From NCBI GenBank assembly GCA_964016885.1, contig OZ024744.1:129332001-129396000 (forward strand): 64,000 bases of DNA, in the 5' to 3' direction. The notes beneath the pieces are model-generated. The model did no database searches, had not been told where the DNA came from, and saw only the letters and a program-made list of their open reading frames with translations. Every line of letters begins with the position of its first letter. The first letter of the stretch is position 1. The position numbers and the translations under genes were made by a program. This document shows positions 63,716-64,000 of the stretch, piece by piece. Source of the DNA: Eledone cirrhosa. Taxonomy: Eukaryota.

Positions 63716-64000
63716 TTAAGTTAAGTTGGGGTTAAGTTAAGTTGGTGTTAAATTAAGTTGGGGTTAAGTTAAGTTGGTGTTAAGTTAAGTTGGGGTTAAG
63801 TTAAGTTGGGGTTAATTAAGTTGGGGTTAAGTTAAGTTGGGGTTAAGTTAATTGGGGTTAAATTAAGTTAGGGTTGAGTTAAGTTGGGGTTAAGTTAAGG
63901 TGGGGTTAAGTTAAGTTGGGGTCAACTTAAGTTGGGGTTAAGTTAAGTTGGGGTTAAGTTAAGTTGGGGTTAAGTTAAGTTGGGGTTAAGTTAAGTTGGG

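Larger units (their letters stand above)
1..64000 (+). repeat. Tandem satellite array, 16-bp monomer TTAAGTTAAGTTGGGG (about 4,000 copies), G-rich strand on +, running off both window edges
   Basis: Read directly on every line of the window. Perfect monomers alternate with substitution variants (e.g. GGTG, GCGG, GAGG, AGGG in the G-tract; TTAAT, TTATG, CTAAG, TTGAG in the pentamers) and a few length variants (11, 15, 17 bp). No non-repeat sequence or strand switch was seen. Confidence 0.99.

Noticed and set aside
1-64000. Protein-coding ORFs on either strand
   Set aside because: TTAA is palindromic and occurs twice per monomer, so TAA appears on both strands. Because 16 is not a multiple of 3, stops cycle through all frames within about 48 bp. 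Occasional ATG variants are closed almost immediately.
1-64000. CRISPR array or other repeat-spacer system
   Set aside because: Monomers abut directly with no unique spacers, leader or cas genes. The variation consists of point changes in one monomer.
1-64000. Canonical telomerase-synthesised telomere tract (TTAGGG, TTAGG or TTGGGG)n
   Set aside because: None of these motifs forms tandem runs. TTAGGG and TTAGG occur only as scattered variants, and variants are copied in kb-scale blocks.
1-64000. Sequencing noise as the source of the variants
   Set aside because: The same rare variants recur in the same order at constant offsets, which random errors would not produce. The copy number of near-identical blocks could still be misassembled.
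1-64000. Variant pattern as an encoded message or templated diversification system
   Set aside because: Nested duplication plus point mutation accounts for the pattern. There is no associated gene, template or boundary element in the window to support anything more.
1-64000. Strong nucleosome-positioning or DNA-bending signal
   Set aside because: TA steps alternate 5 and 11 bp apart, so half are out of helical phase, and there are no A-tracts of 4 or more in the consensus. Ten monomers equalling 160 bp is not evidence by itself.
1-64000. Transposon remnants, rRNA/tRNA genes, promoters or terminators
   Set aside because: No non-satellite sequence, terminal inverted repeats or structured RNA-like segments were seen. 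Isolated TATAAT-like matches (e.g. about 426) are monomer variants.

Overview
The whole 64 kb window is one uninterrupted head-to-tail satellite array of about 4,000 copies of a 16-bp monomer, consensus TTAAGTTAAGTTGGGG, i.e. (TTAAG)2-TTGGGG. The G-rich strand is + throughout and the consensus has no C. I see no unique sequence, inversion, ORF, RNA gene, transposon or CRISPR array. The information lies in the variant monomers. Diagnostic variants (GGGGGAGAG, GGGTCGAG, GGGTCTAAG, TTGTGTTAAGTGGTGG, GGGACTAAG and others) recur in the same order and reveal nested higher-order duplications of about 9.4-9.6 kb, 8.2 kb, 5.0 kb, 4.1-4.4 kb, 3.5 kb, 2.1 kb, 1.0-1.2 kb, 448 bp, 110 bp and 48 bp. Private variants are layered from left to right. 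The monomer looks telomere-like (TTGGGG plus TTAGG-like pentamers), but the propagated variants show it was amplified by recombination or duplication rather than made fresh by telomerase. It is probably eukaryotic heterochromatin: a subtelomeric or interstitial telomere-derived satellite, a centromeric satellite, or a recombination-maintained chromosome end. Organism and chromosomal position cannot be determined from this window. Offsets were counted by eye from marker positions and breakpoints are approximate.
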